Shown: positions 1 to 9,816 of the stretch, piece after piece | Layout: each line of letters begins with the position of its first letter | How positions within the stretch are numbered: position 1 is the stretch's first letter | Source of the DNA: Candidatus Moraniibacteriota bacterium | Lineage (GTDB): Bacteria > Patescibacteriota > Minisyncoccia > Moranbacterales > UBA9337 | DNA length: 34,873 bases | Direction of reading: 5' to 3' | NCBI GenBank assembly: GCA_023229615.1 | Contig: JALNYX010000004.1 | Coordinates: 1-34,873, forward strand | The notes under the pieces: model-generated | What the model saw: the letters and a program-made list of their open reading frames with translations, nothing else | Told to the model about the DNA's origin: nothing | Databases searched by the model: none | Program-made: the position numbers and the translations under genes

Positions 1-1248
1 GACGTAATTGTCATTGGTGGAGGGCCGGCGGGAATGATGGCGGCGGGAAAGGCAGGAGAAGCTGGCGCGCGGGTTTTACTTGTGGAAAAAAACGATCGAT
101 TGGGTAGGAAATTATTACTCACCGGAGAAGGACGTTGCAATATTACGCACGCGGAGTTTGACAATAATGAGCTGGTGAAAAGTTTGGGCAAAAAAGGAAA
201 ATTTCTTTTTTCTTCACTCAATGCGTTTAATCCCGAGAACGTGATGGAATTTTTTTCCGATTTGGGAGTGGCGACTAAAATTGAAAAAGGCGGAAAAGTT
301 TTTCCAGTGAGCGACAACGCTCTGGATGTTTTGCAAGCGCTGGAAAAAAACTTGAAAAAAAATGCAGTAGAGGTGATGACATGCGCTAATGTTTTGGGAT
401 TTGAAACGGAAGAAGCTAATAATGAAAAAAAAATCAAAGGAGTGCAATTAATCGACAGGATTATTTATGCGGATAAATTCATTTTAGCTACAGGCGGAAA
501 ATCCTATCCGGCAACCGGTTCGACGGGCGATGGATATGTTTGGGCGCGCGCATTTGGACATAAGATAATCATTCCGCAACCGTCTTTGGTTCCTTTGAAG
601 ATCGAAGAAGATTGGGCAAAGGAGTTGCAAGGCGTAAGTTTGAAAAATGTCAAAATTAGCTTGATGCAAGATGATGAGTCAGTGGTGTGTGTTTCCAGAG
701 GGGATTTGATCTTTACACATTTTGGTGTGAGCGGTCCGGTCATCCTGAATCTCAGTCGAACACTGGCGGAATTGGAAAAAAAAGATGATCAATTTTTTCT
801 CTCCATAGATTTGAAACCGGAAATAGACAGAAGGGAATTAGATGCGAGCATACAAAAAGATTTTGCACGTAATATTAATAAAGATATTGCTAACTATTTG
901 CCGGAACTTGTGCCGCAAAAAATGGCGAAAATTATTTTGCGTTTAGCTGAGATTTCGGGTGAGAAAAAAATAAACACCATCACTAAAAAAGATCGTCTGC
1001 GTATGATAAATCTGCTTAAAGATATGCGCCTTACAGTCATTGGCAATACCGGTTTTGCGCAAGCAATGGTAACCAAAGGAGGTGTGAATTTGAAAGAAGT
1101 TAATCCGAAAAATATGCAATCCAAAATCGTGCCAAATCTTTTTTTGACCGGAGAAGTACTTGATCTAGATGGTCCGACTGGCGGATATAATTTGCAAATT
1201 GCTTGGAGTACAGGATATGTAGCCGGAATTGGTTGCGTGAACTCTTGA
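1..1248 (+). CDS. HI0933/BaiN-family NAD(P)/FAD-dependent oxidoreductase (5'-partial, runs off window edge)
   Basis: Frame is open from base 1 (DVIVIGGGPAGMMAA, Rossmann GxGxxG). Family motifs GRKLLLTGEGRCNITH, ATGGKSYPATGSTGDGY, FTHFGVSGP, VTKGGV, GEVLDLDGPTGGYNLQIAWSTG. Confidence 0.92.
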   Translation, partial: DVIVIGGGPAGMMAAGKAGEAGARVLLVEKNDRLGRKLLLTGEGRCNITHAEFDNNELVKSLGKKGKFLFSSLNAFNPENVMEFFSDLGVATKIEKGGKVFPVSDNALDVLQALEKNLKKNAVEVMTCANVLGFETEEANNEKKIKGVQLIDRIIYADKFILATGGKSYPATGSTGDGYVWARAFGHKIIIPQPSLVPLKIEEDWAKELQGVSLKNVKISLMQDDESVVCVSRGDLIFTHFGVSGPVILNLSRTLAELEKKDDQFFLSIDLKPEIDRRELDASIQKDFARNINKDIANYLPELVPQKMAKIILRLAEISGEKKINTITKKDRLRMINLLKDMRLTVIGNTGFAQAMVTKGGVNLKEVNPKNMQSKIVPNLFLTGEVLDLDGPTGGYNLQIAWSTGYVAGIGCVNS

Positions 1249-1273
1249 CAGGATTTATTTTGATTGATATTAT
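1245..1273 (+). promoter_or_regulatory. sigma70-type promoter candidate P1 upstream of tuf
   Basis: TTGACA(1245-1250)-17 nt-TATTAT(1268-1273). Confidence 0.55.
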
Positions 1274-1313
1274 GAACAAGTTGAATTTTTTGTTTATACA
1301 CAGACGGAAGGGG

Positions 1314-1341
1314 TTGACAGTTGACGAGATTCTGTTAAAAT
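1314..1341 (+). promoter_or_regulatory. sigma70-type promoter candidate P2 upstream of tuf
   Basis: TTGACA(1314-1319)-16 nt-TAAAAT(1336-1341). Confidence 0.5.
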
Positions 1342-1465
1342 AGAAATACGTTAAAAAACGGAGTTAAAACATTATTATTTAAGTAATTAACAAGTTCGCA
1401 AGAATGCGGGGATTGTTTTGGCGCTTTGGTCGAAACCCCCTGTAATACTTGCAAAAAATAAAACT

Positions 1466-2656
1466 ATGGCAGAGAAATTTAATCGCGACAAGACCCATGT
1501 TAATGTAGGAACAATCGGACACGTTGATCATGGAAAAACAACTTTGACTGCTGCTATCCTTCATGTTTTGAGTTTGAAGGGAATGGCAAAAGAAAAAAAT
1601 GTTAGCGAAATCGACAATGCTCCTGAAGAGAGAGAACGTGGAATCACTATCGCTACTTCCCACTGTGAATATCAATCAGACAAGAGACACTATGCTCACG
1701 TTGACTGTCCTGGACATGCTGATTACATCAAGAATATGATTACCGGAGCAGCGCAGATGGATGGAGCTGTATTGGTTGTGAGCGCGACTGATGGTCCTAT
1801 GCCACAAACCAGAGAGCATATCCTTTTGGCTCGTCAGGTTGGAGTGCCTGCAATCGTTGTTTTTATCAACAAGATTGATATGGTTGATGATCTTGAGTTG
1901 ATTGACTTGGTTGAGGCTGAGGTTCGAGAACTTTTGTCAAAATATGAATTTGACGGTGATAATGCGACTGTTGTTCGAGGTAGCGCTGTTAAGGCATTGG
2001 AAACTACTTCTGTTGATGATGAAGCTGCAAAGCCGATCATTGATTTGATTGCCGCTTTGGATGAAAAAATTCCTGATCCGGTTCGAGATATTAAAAAACC
2101 TTTACTTATGCCGATCGAAGACATTTTCTCAATTGAAGGTCGCGGAACTGTTGCTACAGGAAGAATTGAAAGAGGAATTCTTAATTTGAATGATGAAGTT
2201 GAAATTATCGGTATTAGAGATACTCAAAAAACAGTTGTAACTGGAATTGAAATGTTTAACAAATCCTTGGATCGTGGTGAAGCTGGAGATAATGCTGGAA
2301 TCCTTTTGCGAGGAATCAAAAAGGAAGATATTGAAAGAGGTCAAGTTATTGCGAAACCAGGTTCGATTACTCCACACACTGAATTCGAAGGAGAGATTTA
2401 TATCCTTTCCAAAGAAGAAGGCGGACGACATACTCCATTCTTCAAAGGATACAAGCCTCAATTTTATATCCGAACAACTGATGTTACTGGAGAGGTTGAA
2501 CTTCCTGAAGGAACTGAAATGGTTATGCCTGGAGACACTGTTAATTTGAAAATTAAATTAGGATCTCCTGTGGCTATGGAAGAAGGAATGAGATTTGCTA
2601 TTCGCGAAGGTGGAAGAACTGTAGGAGCTGGTATTGCTACTAAGATCATTAAGTAA
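1466..2656 (+). CDS. tuf: elongation factor Tu
   Basis: [69 protein letters not shown]. Start moved to ATG 1466. Confidence 0.99.
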   Translation: MAEKFNRDKTHVNVGTIGHVDHGKTTLTAAILHVLSLKGMAKEKNVSEIDNAPEERERGITIATSHCEYQSDKRHYAHVDCPGHADYIKNMITGAAQMDGAVLVVSATDGPMPQTREHILLARQVGVPAIVVFINKIDMVDDLELIDLVEAEVRELLSKYEFDGDNATVVRGSAVKALETTSVDDEAAKPIIDLIAALDEKIPDPVRDIKKPLLMPIEDIFSIEGRGTVATGRIERGILNLNDEVEIIGIRDTQKTVVTGIEMFNKSLDRGEAGDNAGILLRGIKKEDIERGQVIAKPGSITPHTEFEGEIYILSKEEGGRHTPFFKGYKPQFYIRTTDVTGEVELPEGTEMVMPGDTVNLKIKLGSPVAMEEGMRFAIREGGRTVGAGIATKIIK

Positions 2657-2666
2657 ATTTGATGTT

Positions 2667-2704
2667 GCTTTGGGAGCGGATTGCTCTGCTCCCTAAAGCG
2701 TTTA
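2667..2704 (+). terminator. stem-loop after tuf (weak terminator or processing hairpin)
   Basis: GCTTTGGGAGCGGA-TTGC-TCTGCTCCCTAAAGC followed by only a short T run. Confidence 0.4.
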
Positions 2705-2727
2705 ATTACAAAATTTGAAAATTCAAG

Positions 2728-3051
2728 ATGACGAACAAACCCGAAGAACAATCAAGAATAAGGATCAAGATTAAGGCTTATGATAACAAGGTAATCGATC
2801 AAACTGCTAAGCAGATTGTCGAAACTGCTTTGCGCAGTGGGTCTGAAATTTCTGGTCCAGTACCGCTTCCGACTGAAATCCATAAGGTTACAGTAAACAA
2901 ATCGACATTTGTACATAAAGATGCCAGGGATCAATATGAAATGCGGGTTCACAAGAGATTGATTGATATTATCAATCCGAAGCCAAAAACGATCGATGAT
3001 CTGACCAATCTTGATTTGCCGGCAGGAGTAGACATTGAAATTAAGATGTGA
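2728..3051 (+). CDS. rpsJ: 30S ribosomal protein S10
   Basis: [46 protein letters not shown]. Confidence 0.98.
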   Translation: MTNKPEEQSRIRIKIKAYDNKVIDQTAKQIVETALRSGSEISGPVPLPTEIHKVTVNKSTFVHKDARDQYEMRVHKRLIDIINPKPKTIDDLTNLDLPAGVDIEIKM

Positions 3052-3060
3052 TAATATAAA

Positions 3061-3141
3061 TCTCTAATCTTCACTAATTCCTCTCGAATATTCACAAATA
3101 AATCAGCAACAATTCGAGTCAAATTAGTGCAGGTTAGCGGA
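3061..3141. repeat. short-period (~11 nt) imperfect palindromic repeat in the rpsJ-rplC spacer
   Basis: Left arm units ctctaat/cactaat/ctcgaat/cacaaat; right arm units attcgag/attagtg/gttagcg (reverse complements). Confidence 0.6.
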
Positions 3142-3151
3142 TAATATCATT

Positions 3152-3239
3152 ACTGGTTAAAGTCCCGATTTATTTTCCGGGATACTCAACTAGCCAATTC
3201 GAAAGAATTAAAACTGGCTTTGGGTAAAGCAGTTTTTTT
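3152..3239 (+). promoter_or_regulatory. structured leader candidate immediately upstream of rplC
   Basis: Hairpins tcccg...cggga, aattc-gaaa-gaatt and aaaactggcttt-gggt-aaagcagtttt followed by a T run. Confidence 0.4.
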
Positions 3240-3252
3240 ATTGAAAAAGATT

Positions 3253-3813
3253 ATGAAATTTATTTTAGGAAAAAAAATTGGAATGACAACCATTTATGAT
3301 GCGGAAAAAGGCGCATTGAATGTGACATTGGTTGAATGTATCCCGAACGAAGTGAGTTGTATTCGCAGTCAAGAAAAAGACGGATACACAGCTGTTCAGG
3401 TTAAGACTGAAAAAACTCAAAACAAATCATTATGTCGCGAGATTAGAACTGCTGATGCAGAGATTAAAAAAGACGACAAGATTTCAGTTGAAGTATTTGT
3501 AATTGGAGATAATGTTGATGTACGGGGAACAACAAAAGGAAAGGGATTTCAAGGGGTAATGAAACGACATGGATTTCACGGATCACCAGCCACTCATGGA
3601 CACAGACATGATCATCGCGCTCCTGGTTCGATTGGAAGTGCTTTTCCTCAGCATGTTATCAAAGGAAAGAAAATGGCCGGAAGAATGGGAGGAAATAATT
3701 TTACAGTAAAAAATTTGGAAGTAGTTTTTATTGATAAGGAAAAGAATATGCTTGGACTTCGTGGAGCAGTTCCTGGAGTGCAAGGAAGAGTTGTTGAAAT
3801 TTCAGGAAAATAA
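3253..3813 (+). CDS. rplC: 50S ribosomal protein L3
   Basis: MKFILGKKIGMT, DGYTAVQ, GTTKGKGFQGVMKRHGF, HRAPGSIG, KGKKMAGRMG. Start at ATG 3253. Confidence 0.97.
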   Translation: MKFILGKKIGMTTIYDAEKGALNVTLVECIPNEVSCIRSQEKDGYTAVQVKTEKTQNKSLCREIRTADAEIKKDDKISVEVFVIGDNVDVRGTTKGKGFQGVMKRHGFHGSPATHGHRHDHRAPGSIGSAFPQHVIKGKKMAGRMGGNNFTVKNLEVVFIDKEKNMLGLRGAVPGVQGRVVEISGK

Positions 3814-3852
3814 TGGATTAAGCATTGTAAATGTTTTAATTAATGATTCAAT

Positions 3853-4494
3853 ATGGCAAAGATAACCGTTCAGAATTTAAAAGGTGAAACAGTCAGAGAG
3901 CTTGATCTTTCAGATAAGGTTTTTGGATTGCCGGCTAATGATAAATTAGTTCATCAGGTTTTTGTTTCTATGTCTGGAAATCGAAGGCAAGTGATTGCTC
4001 ATACAAAAGACCGCGGAGAACGATCTGGATCGGGAAAGAAACCTTGGAAGCAGAAAGGAACTGGACGAGCACGTGCGGGAAGTGTCAGAAGTCCTATTTG
4101 GAGAGGTGGAGGTGTGACTTTTGGTCCGACAAAGGATAGAAATTTCAAAACCAAGATTAATAAGAAGGTGAATCAAAAAGCAATAATGATTGTTCTTAGC
4201 GGGAAAGTTGCTGATAAATCTTTGATTGTTGTGGATAAATTAGCATTGTCTGATAAAAAAACCAAACTGGCTGCGAGCGGATTGAAGAAGCTTGGAATGA
4301 AAGGAAATATTTTGATGGGATTTTCAGAAAAGGAGCAGGATTTCAGATTGTATTTTCGAAATATTGAAGGAGTATCAAGTCTCCCGGTGGACGGATTAAA
4401 TGTATTTGATATGCTTTCTCGAAAAAATTTGATTATAAGCGAGGATTCAGTGAAATATTTGGAGAAAAAGTATTCTAAAGAAGAAATTAACTAA
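3853..4494 (+). CDS. rplD: 50S ribosomal protein L4
   Basis: HTKDRGERSGSGKKPWKQKGTGRARAGSVRSPIWRGGGVTFGP. Confidence 0.98.
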   Translation: MAKITVQNLKGETVRELDLSDKVFGLPANDKLVHQVFVSMSGNRRQVIAHTKDRGERSGSGKKPWKQKGTGRARAGSVRSPIWRGGGVTFGPTKDRNFKTKINKKVNQKAIMIVLSGKVADKSLIVVDKLALSDKKTKLAASGLKKLGMKGNILMGFSEKEQDFRLYFRNIEGVSSLPVDGLNVFDMLSRKNLIISEDSVKYLEKKYSKEEIN

Positions 4495-4502
4495 AGAAAA
4501 AT

Positions 4503-4901
4503 ATGGCTTTATCTGAAGATATTAAAAATGATGACAAAAAGGAAGTTGTTGCCGAAGGGAAGAAGCCTGTTTTAGAGGTGAAAAGTATCAAATCTGAAGA
4601 GAAGAAAGATGGTGGATATTTGGCTTATCGTCATTTGATTCAGCCATGGATTACAGAAAAATCCCATTCTCAAATGGCTTCAGGCAAATATATTTTCAAA
4701 GTTTTGAAAGATTCAGATAAGAAAAAGGTTGCAATGGCAGTAGAAACATTATATGGAGTTAAAGTTATTGATGTGAATATGGTTACTATCCCTGCCAAGA
4801 GTCGCCGATATGGGAAAAGTGTTGGAAAGAAAGCTGGATTTAAAAAGGCGATAGTATCATTGAAAGAGGGCGATAGAATTGAGATTTTTGAGGGAGTATA
4901 A
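4503..4901 (+). CDS. rplW: 50S ribosomal protein L23 with charged N-terminal extension
   Basis: PWITEKS, YIFKV, VETLYGVKVIDVN, GFKKAIVSLKEG. Confidence 0.95.
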   Translation: MALSEDIKNDDKKEVVAEGKKPVLEVKSIKSEEKKDGGYLAYRHLIQPWITEKSHSQMASGKYIFKVLKDSDKKKVAMAVETLYGVKVIDVNMVTIPAKSRRYGKSVGKKAGFKKAIVSLKEGDRIEIFEGV

Positions 4902-4932
4902 TGTTAAAAATTATTAATTTAAGAGTTAAAAT

Positions 4933-5277
4933 ATGTCACGAAGTTTAAAAAAAGGACCCTATGTGGATGAAAGAATTTTGAAAAAGGTTTCTAATCGACC
5001 GGCTGGGGATAATTCAAAAATAAAGACATGGTCCAGGTCATGTACGGTAATTCCGGAAATGGTTGGTATTACGTTTGAAATCCACAATGGTAAGGTTTTT
5101 GTTCCTGTTTTTATTACTGAGGATATGGTAGGGCATAAGCTCGGAGAATTTGCACCAACAAGAACATTCTTCCGACATGGAGGAAAGATGCAGAAAGAAC
5201 AAGAGCTTGCTGCAAAGCAAAAAGAAATTGATGCCGCTAAGGCTTCAAAAGTCGACACTACTAATAAGAAAAAATAA
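4933..5277 (+). CDS. rpsS: 30S ribosomal protein S19
   Basis: [35 protein letters not shown]. Confidence 0.98.
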   Translation: MSRSLKKGPYVDERILKKVSNRPAGDNSKIKTWSRSCTVIPEMVGITFEIHNGKVFVPVFITEDMVGHKLGEFAPTRTFFRHGGKMQKEQELAAKQKEIDAAKASKVDTTNKKK

Positions 5278-5312
5278 GACGTAAGGCATAAGAAGCAATA
5301 TATATAAACCCA

Positions 5313-5900
5313 ATGAAAGTTAACGTAAAATTGAAAAATTTAAGAATATCTCCAAGAAAGGTCCGATTGACCGCTGATTTAGTAAAGGGAATGGAGGTTA
5401 ATGATGCCCTCGATCAGATAAATGCCAATGTGAAACGGGCGAACGATTCATTGGCGAAGTTGATTAAAAGTGCCGTTGCTAGTGCTGAAAATGATTTTGG
5501 ATTGGATCGAGATAATTTATATATTTCCGATATTCGAGTAGATGCAGGATTGACTTTGAAAAGATGGATGCCAAGAGCGTATGGAAGAGCTACTCAAATT
5601 TTAAAAAGAAGTTCTCAAGTAAGTCTTACTTTGGATGAAATCGTTGAAGGAAAGAACAGGAAGTCCAAAGAACAAATTGAAAAAGAAAAGAAGGCGAGAG
5701 AAGATGCCAGAAAAAAGGAAGAAAAAGAGATGAAAAAGCAAATGACCGAAGGAACAAAGGAGACAAGTGAAAAAATTGATGATAAAAATGATGTTATCCC
5801 AGTTGATACCAAGAAAGAACATCATGAAGTTGAAGGAAAGAGAAAAGAAAGCAGACAGTCAGGGTGGACGAATAAAATATTTAGAAGAAAATCATCATAA
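5313..5900 (+). CDS. rplV: 50S ribosomal protein L22 with long charged C-terminal tail
   Basis: RISPRKVRL, KLIKSAVASAEN, LKRWMPRAYGRATQILKRSS, then a K/E-rich tail of about 85 aa. Confidence 0.96.
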   Translation: MKVNVKLKNLRISPRKVRLTADLVKGMEVNDALDQINANVKRANDSLAKLIKSAVASAENDFGLDRDNLYISDIRVDAGLTLKRWMPRAYGRATQILKRSSQVSLTLDEIVEGKNRKSKEQIEKEKKAREDARKKEEKEMKKQMTEGTKETSEKIDDKNDVIPVDTKKEHHEVEGKRKESRQSGWTNKIFRRKSS

Positions 5901-6004
5901 TCCGTTCGGATTTATCCTAAATATTCAAACCGTTATAAATAATTAATTCAGTTTCGGTGAATGAAGAGATAGAACGAGTATAAAGATTATAAATAAGCAT
6001 AAAT

Positions 6005-6832
6005 ATGGCGATTAAAGTATACAAACGAAATACGGCAGGGCGAAGAAATATGTCTATCGTGAAGCCCGATAATCTTACGGATAAAAAACCGGAGAAGTCT
6101 TTGCTGGCGAAAAAAAGCAAAAAATCAGGACGATCTCATGGAAAAATTTCCGTCAGGCATATGGGAGGCGGACACAAGCAGAAATATCGAATTATTGATT
6201 TTAAACAAGGAAAAATTGGAATCCCTGGACGAGTTGATGCAATTGAAAAAGACCCAAACAGAAGCGCGCTGATTGCTTTGATTGTGTATAAAGATGGAGA
6301 GAAGCGATATGTTATCGCAACTGAAAATATGAAAAAAGGATTGGAGATAATTACAGATGAAAATGCTCCTTTGAAAGAGGGAAATAGACTAAAATTGAAA
6401 AATATTCTTCCAGGAACTGTTATCTCTAATATTGAAATGATTCCAGGAAAGGGAGGACAAATGATTCGAAGTGCTGGTAGTGAAGCGACATTGATGGGTG
6501 TTGATGGCGATATGGCACAAATTAAACTTTCTTCTGGTGAAATAAGATTGATTAATAAAGAATGTTATGCGACAATAGGAAAGGTTAGTAATTTTGAACA
6601 TAATGCAATTAGAATAGGAAAGGCCGGAAAGAGTAGATGGTTAGGAAAGCGCCCAGCAGTAAGAGGTAGCGCAATGAACCCAGTTGATCATCCTCATGGA
6701 GGAGGAGAAGGTCGACAAGGAATCGGACTTAAATATCCGAAAACTCCTTGGGGAAAACCAGCGTTAGGAAAGAAGACTCGAAAGCAAAAGAAACACAGCA
6801 GTAAGTATATAATTAAGCGAAGAAAGAAATAA
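6005..6832 (+). CDS. rplB: 50S ribosomal protein L2
   Basis: [57 protein letters not shown]. Confidence 0.99.
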   Translation: MAIKVYKRNTAGRRNMSIVKPDNLTDKKPEKSLLAKKSKKSGRSHGKISVRHMGGGHKQKYRIIDFKQGKIGIPGRVDAIEKDPNRSALIALIVYKDGEKRYVIATENMKKGLEIITDENAPLKEGNRLKLKNILPGTVISNIEMIPGKGGQMIRSAGSEATLMGVDGDMAQIKLSSGEIRLINKECYATIGKVSNFEHNAIRIGKAGKSRWLGKRPAVRGSAMNPVDHPHGGGEGRQGIGLKYPKTPWGKPALGKKTRKQKKHSSKYIIKRRKK

Positions 6833-6836
6833 GGAT

Positions 6837-7478
6837 ATGGGAAAAAAAGTCAATCCAATAGCAATAAGATTAGGAATTACCACTTCTTGGAAATCTAAAT
6901 GGTTTGGTGGAAGAAATTTTGCCAAAAATTTAAAAGAAGATATTCAAATTCGAGAGGCGATAATGAAGCAATGGAAGACCGCTGCAATTGCCGATGTTAG
7001 TTTTGAACGAAGATCTGGAATGACCAAGGTTGTTATTCTTACTTCTCGACCAGGAATGTTGATCGGACGAGGAGGAACTGGAATTGAAGATATAAATCGA
7101 TTAGTTAAGAATAAATTTTTTGCCGGAAAGAAGGTTGACCTAAAGGTTGAAGTGAAAGAAATCAGACAATTCGAGGAAAATGCTCAGCTAGTTGCTCAGC
7201 AAGTGGCAGAACAATTGGAAAAAAGAATGCCGTTTCGTCGAGTTTTGAAATCAACATTGGAGCAGGTTCAGAAAAATAATAAGATTAAAGGGGTAAAGAT
7301 TGAAGTGTCGGGACGATTGGGAGGCGCAGAGATGTCCAGAAGAGAATGGCTTGCAAAGGGAACAATTCCATTGCACACTCTTCGAGCGGATATTGATTTT
7401 TCCAGAGCAACTGCCAGAACTACCTATGGAGCAATTGGAATAAAGGTTTGGATATATAAAGGGGAAGTATTTGAATAA
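6837..7478 (+). CDS. rpsC: 30S ribosomal protein S3
   Basis: MGKKVNPIAIRLG, RPGMLIGRGG (KH domain), SGRLGGAEM, PLHTLRADID, GIKVWIYKGE. Confidence 0.98.
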   Translation: MGKKVNPIAIRLGITTSWKSKWFGGRNFAKNLKEDIQIREAIMKQWKTAAIADVSFERRSGMTKVVILTSRPGMLIGRGGTGIEDINRLVKNKFFAGKKVDLKVEVKEIRQFEENAQLVAQQVAEQLEKRMPFRRVLKSTLEQVQKNNKIKGVKIEVSGRLGGAEMSRREWLAKGTIPLHTLRADIDFSRATARTTYGAIGIKVWIYKGEVFE

Positions 7479-7580
7479 TGTTTAATTGGTTATAATCGTT
7501 CAAAGCGTTCTAAATGAAGATAATAAAAGAACAATTGGAATATTTTGAACGATTATAATATTTAGAACATTTAGAACAAT
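7479..7580. repeat. 9-nt-period palindromic repeat, copy A (rpsC-rplP spacer)
   Basis: Perfect 15-bp inverted repeat TTATAATCGTTCAAA(7490-7504)/TTTGAACGATTATAA(7544-7558), plus GTTCTAAAT versus tandem ATTTAGAAC. Confidence 0.75.
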
Positions 7581-7584
7581 TATT

Positions 7585-7998
7585 ATGTTAATGATGCCAA
7601 GAAAAGTTAAACACCGAAAGATACACCGAGGAGGAGCGATCAAAGGATTAGCTACTCGCGGAGGTAGTGTTAGTTATGGAAAATTTGGATTGAAAGCTTT
7701 GAGTAGCGGGTTGATTTCTGCTCGTCAGATTGAATCAGCCAGACGCGCAATGACTCGATATGTGCAAAGAGGTGGAAAGATTTGGATTAGAATTTTCCCA
7801 AGTAAACCGATGACGAAAAAAGGAGATGAAACTCCTATGGGAAAGGGAAAAGGAAGTGTAGATCATTTTGTTTCCAAAGTCAGAGCCGGAAGAGTGATGT
7901 TTGAGATGGATGGAGTGGAAAAAGATATCGCAAAAAAAGCAATGAAATTGGCGGCATATAAATTGAGCATTAAGACTAAGTTTGTTGAAAGAGATTAA
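7585..7998 (+). CDS. rplP: 50S ribosomal protein L16
   Basis: MLMMPRKVKHRK, RQIESARR, GKIWIRIFP, MGKGKG. Confidence 0.98.
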   Translation: MLMMPRKVKHRKIHRGGAIKGLATRGGSVSYGKFGLKALSSGLISARQIESARRAMTRYVQRGGKIWIRIFPSKPMTKKGDETPMGKGKGSVDHFVSKVRAGRVMFEMDGVEKDIAKKAMKLAAYKLSIKTKFVERD

Positions 7999-8022
7999 TA
8001 TTTCGTAAAGCTGAAAAAAATC

Positions 8023-8214
8023 ATGAAGATTAATGAGATTAAAGAAAAAAATTCAAAGGAACTCGAAAAACTTTTAGCTGAAAAGCGAAATGAAGTTCGA
8101 GAGTTGCGTTTTAATATTTTCTCCAAGCAAGCAAAAGATCACAGAAAATATTTCAATTGCAAGAAAGAAGTTGCTCAAATTTTAACAGTTTTAAATAGTG
8201 GTGAATCAAAATAA
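8023..8214 (+). CDS. rpmC: 50S ribosomal protein L29
   Basis: Position between rplP and rpsQ; ELRF, KKEVAQILTVL; 63 aa. Confidence 0.9.
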   Translation: MKINEIKEKNSKELEKLLAEKRNEVRELRFNIFSKQAKDHRKYFNCKKEVAQILTVLNSGESK

Positions 8215-8239
8215 TATTTTTGTGTAAATTATAAATAAT

Positions 8240-8506
8240 ATGGCAAAAGTTACCGATAAACAAATTAAAAAAGTAGAAACTCTAACCAAGAGTACTATTA
8301 CTGGGATTGTTTTGAGCGACAAGATGGACAAGACGATTGTTATCGCGGTTAATACATTGAAAACTCATCCAAAATATTTGAAAAAATACCGATCAACAAA
8401 GAAATATAAAGTGCATGATGAGAAGAATGAAAAGAAAGTTGGAGATAAAGTTGAATTTGTTGCTTGTCGGCCAATGAGTGGTGGAAAAAAGTTTCGCATT
8501 CTCTAA
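8240..8506 (+). CDS. rpsQ: 30S ribosomal protein S17
   Basis: GIVLSDKMDKTIVI, HPKYLK, KYKVHDE, VGDKVE, RPMS. Confidence 0.97.
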   Translation: MAKVTDKQIKKVETLTKSTITGIVLSDKMDKTIVIAVNTLKTHPKYLKKYRSTKKYKVHDEKNEKKVGDKVEFVACRPMSGGKKFRIL

Positions 8507-8535
8507 AAGTTTATTTAGAATAAGTATAATCTATT

Positions 8536-8901
8536 ATGATACAATCAGAAACAAAATTGAAGGTAGCCGATAATTCAGGTGCGAAAGTCATCGAATGTTT
8601 TAAGGTTTTGGGCGGAAGCCGAAGAAGATATGCTTATGTTGGTGATGTGATTGTGGCATCCGTAAAATCTGCTGAGCCGAGAGGTAGCGTGAAGAAAGGA
8701 GATAAAGTTAAGGCGCTTATCGTCAGACAGAAGCAGGCATTACGAAGAAGAGATGGGTCACATATTAGATTTGATGAAAATGCCGCTGTGATTGTTGATG
8801 GAACTGAGCCAAAAGGAACACGTGTATTTGGTCCAATTGCCAGAGAAGTAAAAGAGAAGGGATTTAATAAAATAGCCTCATTAGCACCAGAAGTATTGTA
8901 A
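8536..8901 (+). CDS. rplN: 50S ribosomal protein L14
   Basis: [43 protein letters not shown]. Confidence 0.99.
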   Translation: MIQSETKLKVADNSGAKVIECFKVLGGSRRRYAYVGDVIVASVKSAEPRGSVKKGDKVKALIVRQKQALRRRDGSHIRFDENAAVIVDGTEPKGTRVFGPIAREVKEKGFNKIASLAPEVL

Positions 8902-8924
8902 ATTATTGTAAGTATTAGAATATT

Positions 8925-9233
8925 ATGAAAATTAAAAAAGGCGACAAAGTTCAAATAATTTCCGGAAAGGATAAGGGAAAAAAAGGTGTTGTTTTGCGTG
9001 CTGTTCCGAGCCGAGAAAAGGTTGTTGTTGAGGGATTGAATATTGTCAAAAAAAATTCTCGACCTAAAAAAGAAGGAGAAAAAGGACAAAGAATTGAAAT
9101 TCCCGTCCCGATTCAAATTTCGAATGTTATGCTGGTTTGTCCGAAATGTGACAAAACAACGAGAATTGAATATAAATTAACAAATAATAAGAAATTGAGA
9201 ATATGTAAGAAGTGTAAGGAAGAAATACAATGA
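8925..9233 (+). CDS. rplX: 50S ribosomal protein L24
   Basis: MKIKKGDKVQIISGKDKGKKG (KOW), VVVEGLN, ISNV, CPKC...CKKC. Confidence 0.97.
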   Translation: MKIKKGDKVQIISGKDKGKKGVVLRAVPSREKVVVEGLNIVKKNSRPKKEGEKGQRIEIPVPIQISNVMLVCPKCDKTTRIEYKLTNNKKLRICKKCKEEIQ

Positions 9234-9778
9234 AAATAACATCACTCAAAACTAAATATGAGGAAATAATTCCCGAATTGAAAAATGAGTTTGGATGCCC
9301 TAATATTATGGCAGTTGCCAAGATTCAGAAAGTTGTTGTTAATGTTGGAACGGGGAAAATAAACAAGGAGGCAGAAAAGATTGAAGAATTGCTTCAAATT
9401 TTTGAAACAATAACCGGACAAAAGCCTGTGAAAACCCGGGGCAAGAATTCAAGTGCCGGTTTTAAGACAAGAAAGGGAATGGAAATCGGAGTGAAAGTTA
9501 CTTTGCGAGGAGCGCGAATGTGGAGTTTCTTGGATCGATTAGTGAATGTGGCATTTCCCCGAACTCGAGATTTTCAAGGAATAAAAATAAGCGGTGTTGA
9601 TGATCATGGAGATTTCAGCATTGGACTCAAAGAGCATTTGGTTTTTCCGGAGATTTCCGCAGAGAAGACTAAAAATTTATTTGGAATGCAGATTAGTATT
9701 CAGACAAGCGCCAAAACAAAGAAAGAAGGAGAAAGATTGTTCCAATTATTAAAATTTCCGTTTCGAAAAGAGCAATAA
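9230..9778 (+). CDS. rplE: 50S ribosomal protein L5
   Basis: KVVVNVG, ITGQKP, GVKVTLRG, PRTRDFQG, VFPEI. Confidence 0.97.
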   Translation: MKITSLKTKYEEIIPELKNEFGCPNIMAVAKIQKVVVNVGTGKINKEAEKIEELLQIFETITGQKPVKTRGKNSSAGFKTRKGMEIGVKVTLRGARMWSFLDRLVNVAFPRTRDFQGIKISGVDDHGDFSIGLKEHLVFPEISAEKTKNLFGMQISIQTSAKTKKEGERLFQLLKFPFRKEQ

Positions 9779-9816
9779 TAATTTTTTCAATAATTAAGGA
9801 AGTATAAGCTAAAAAA

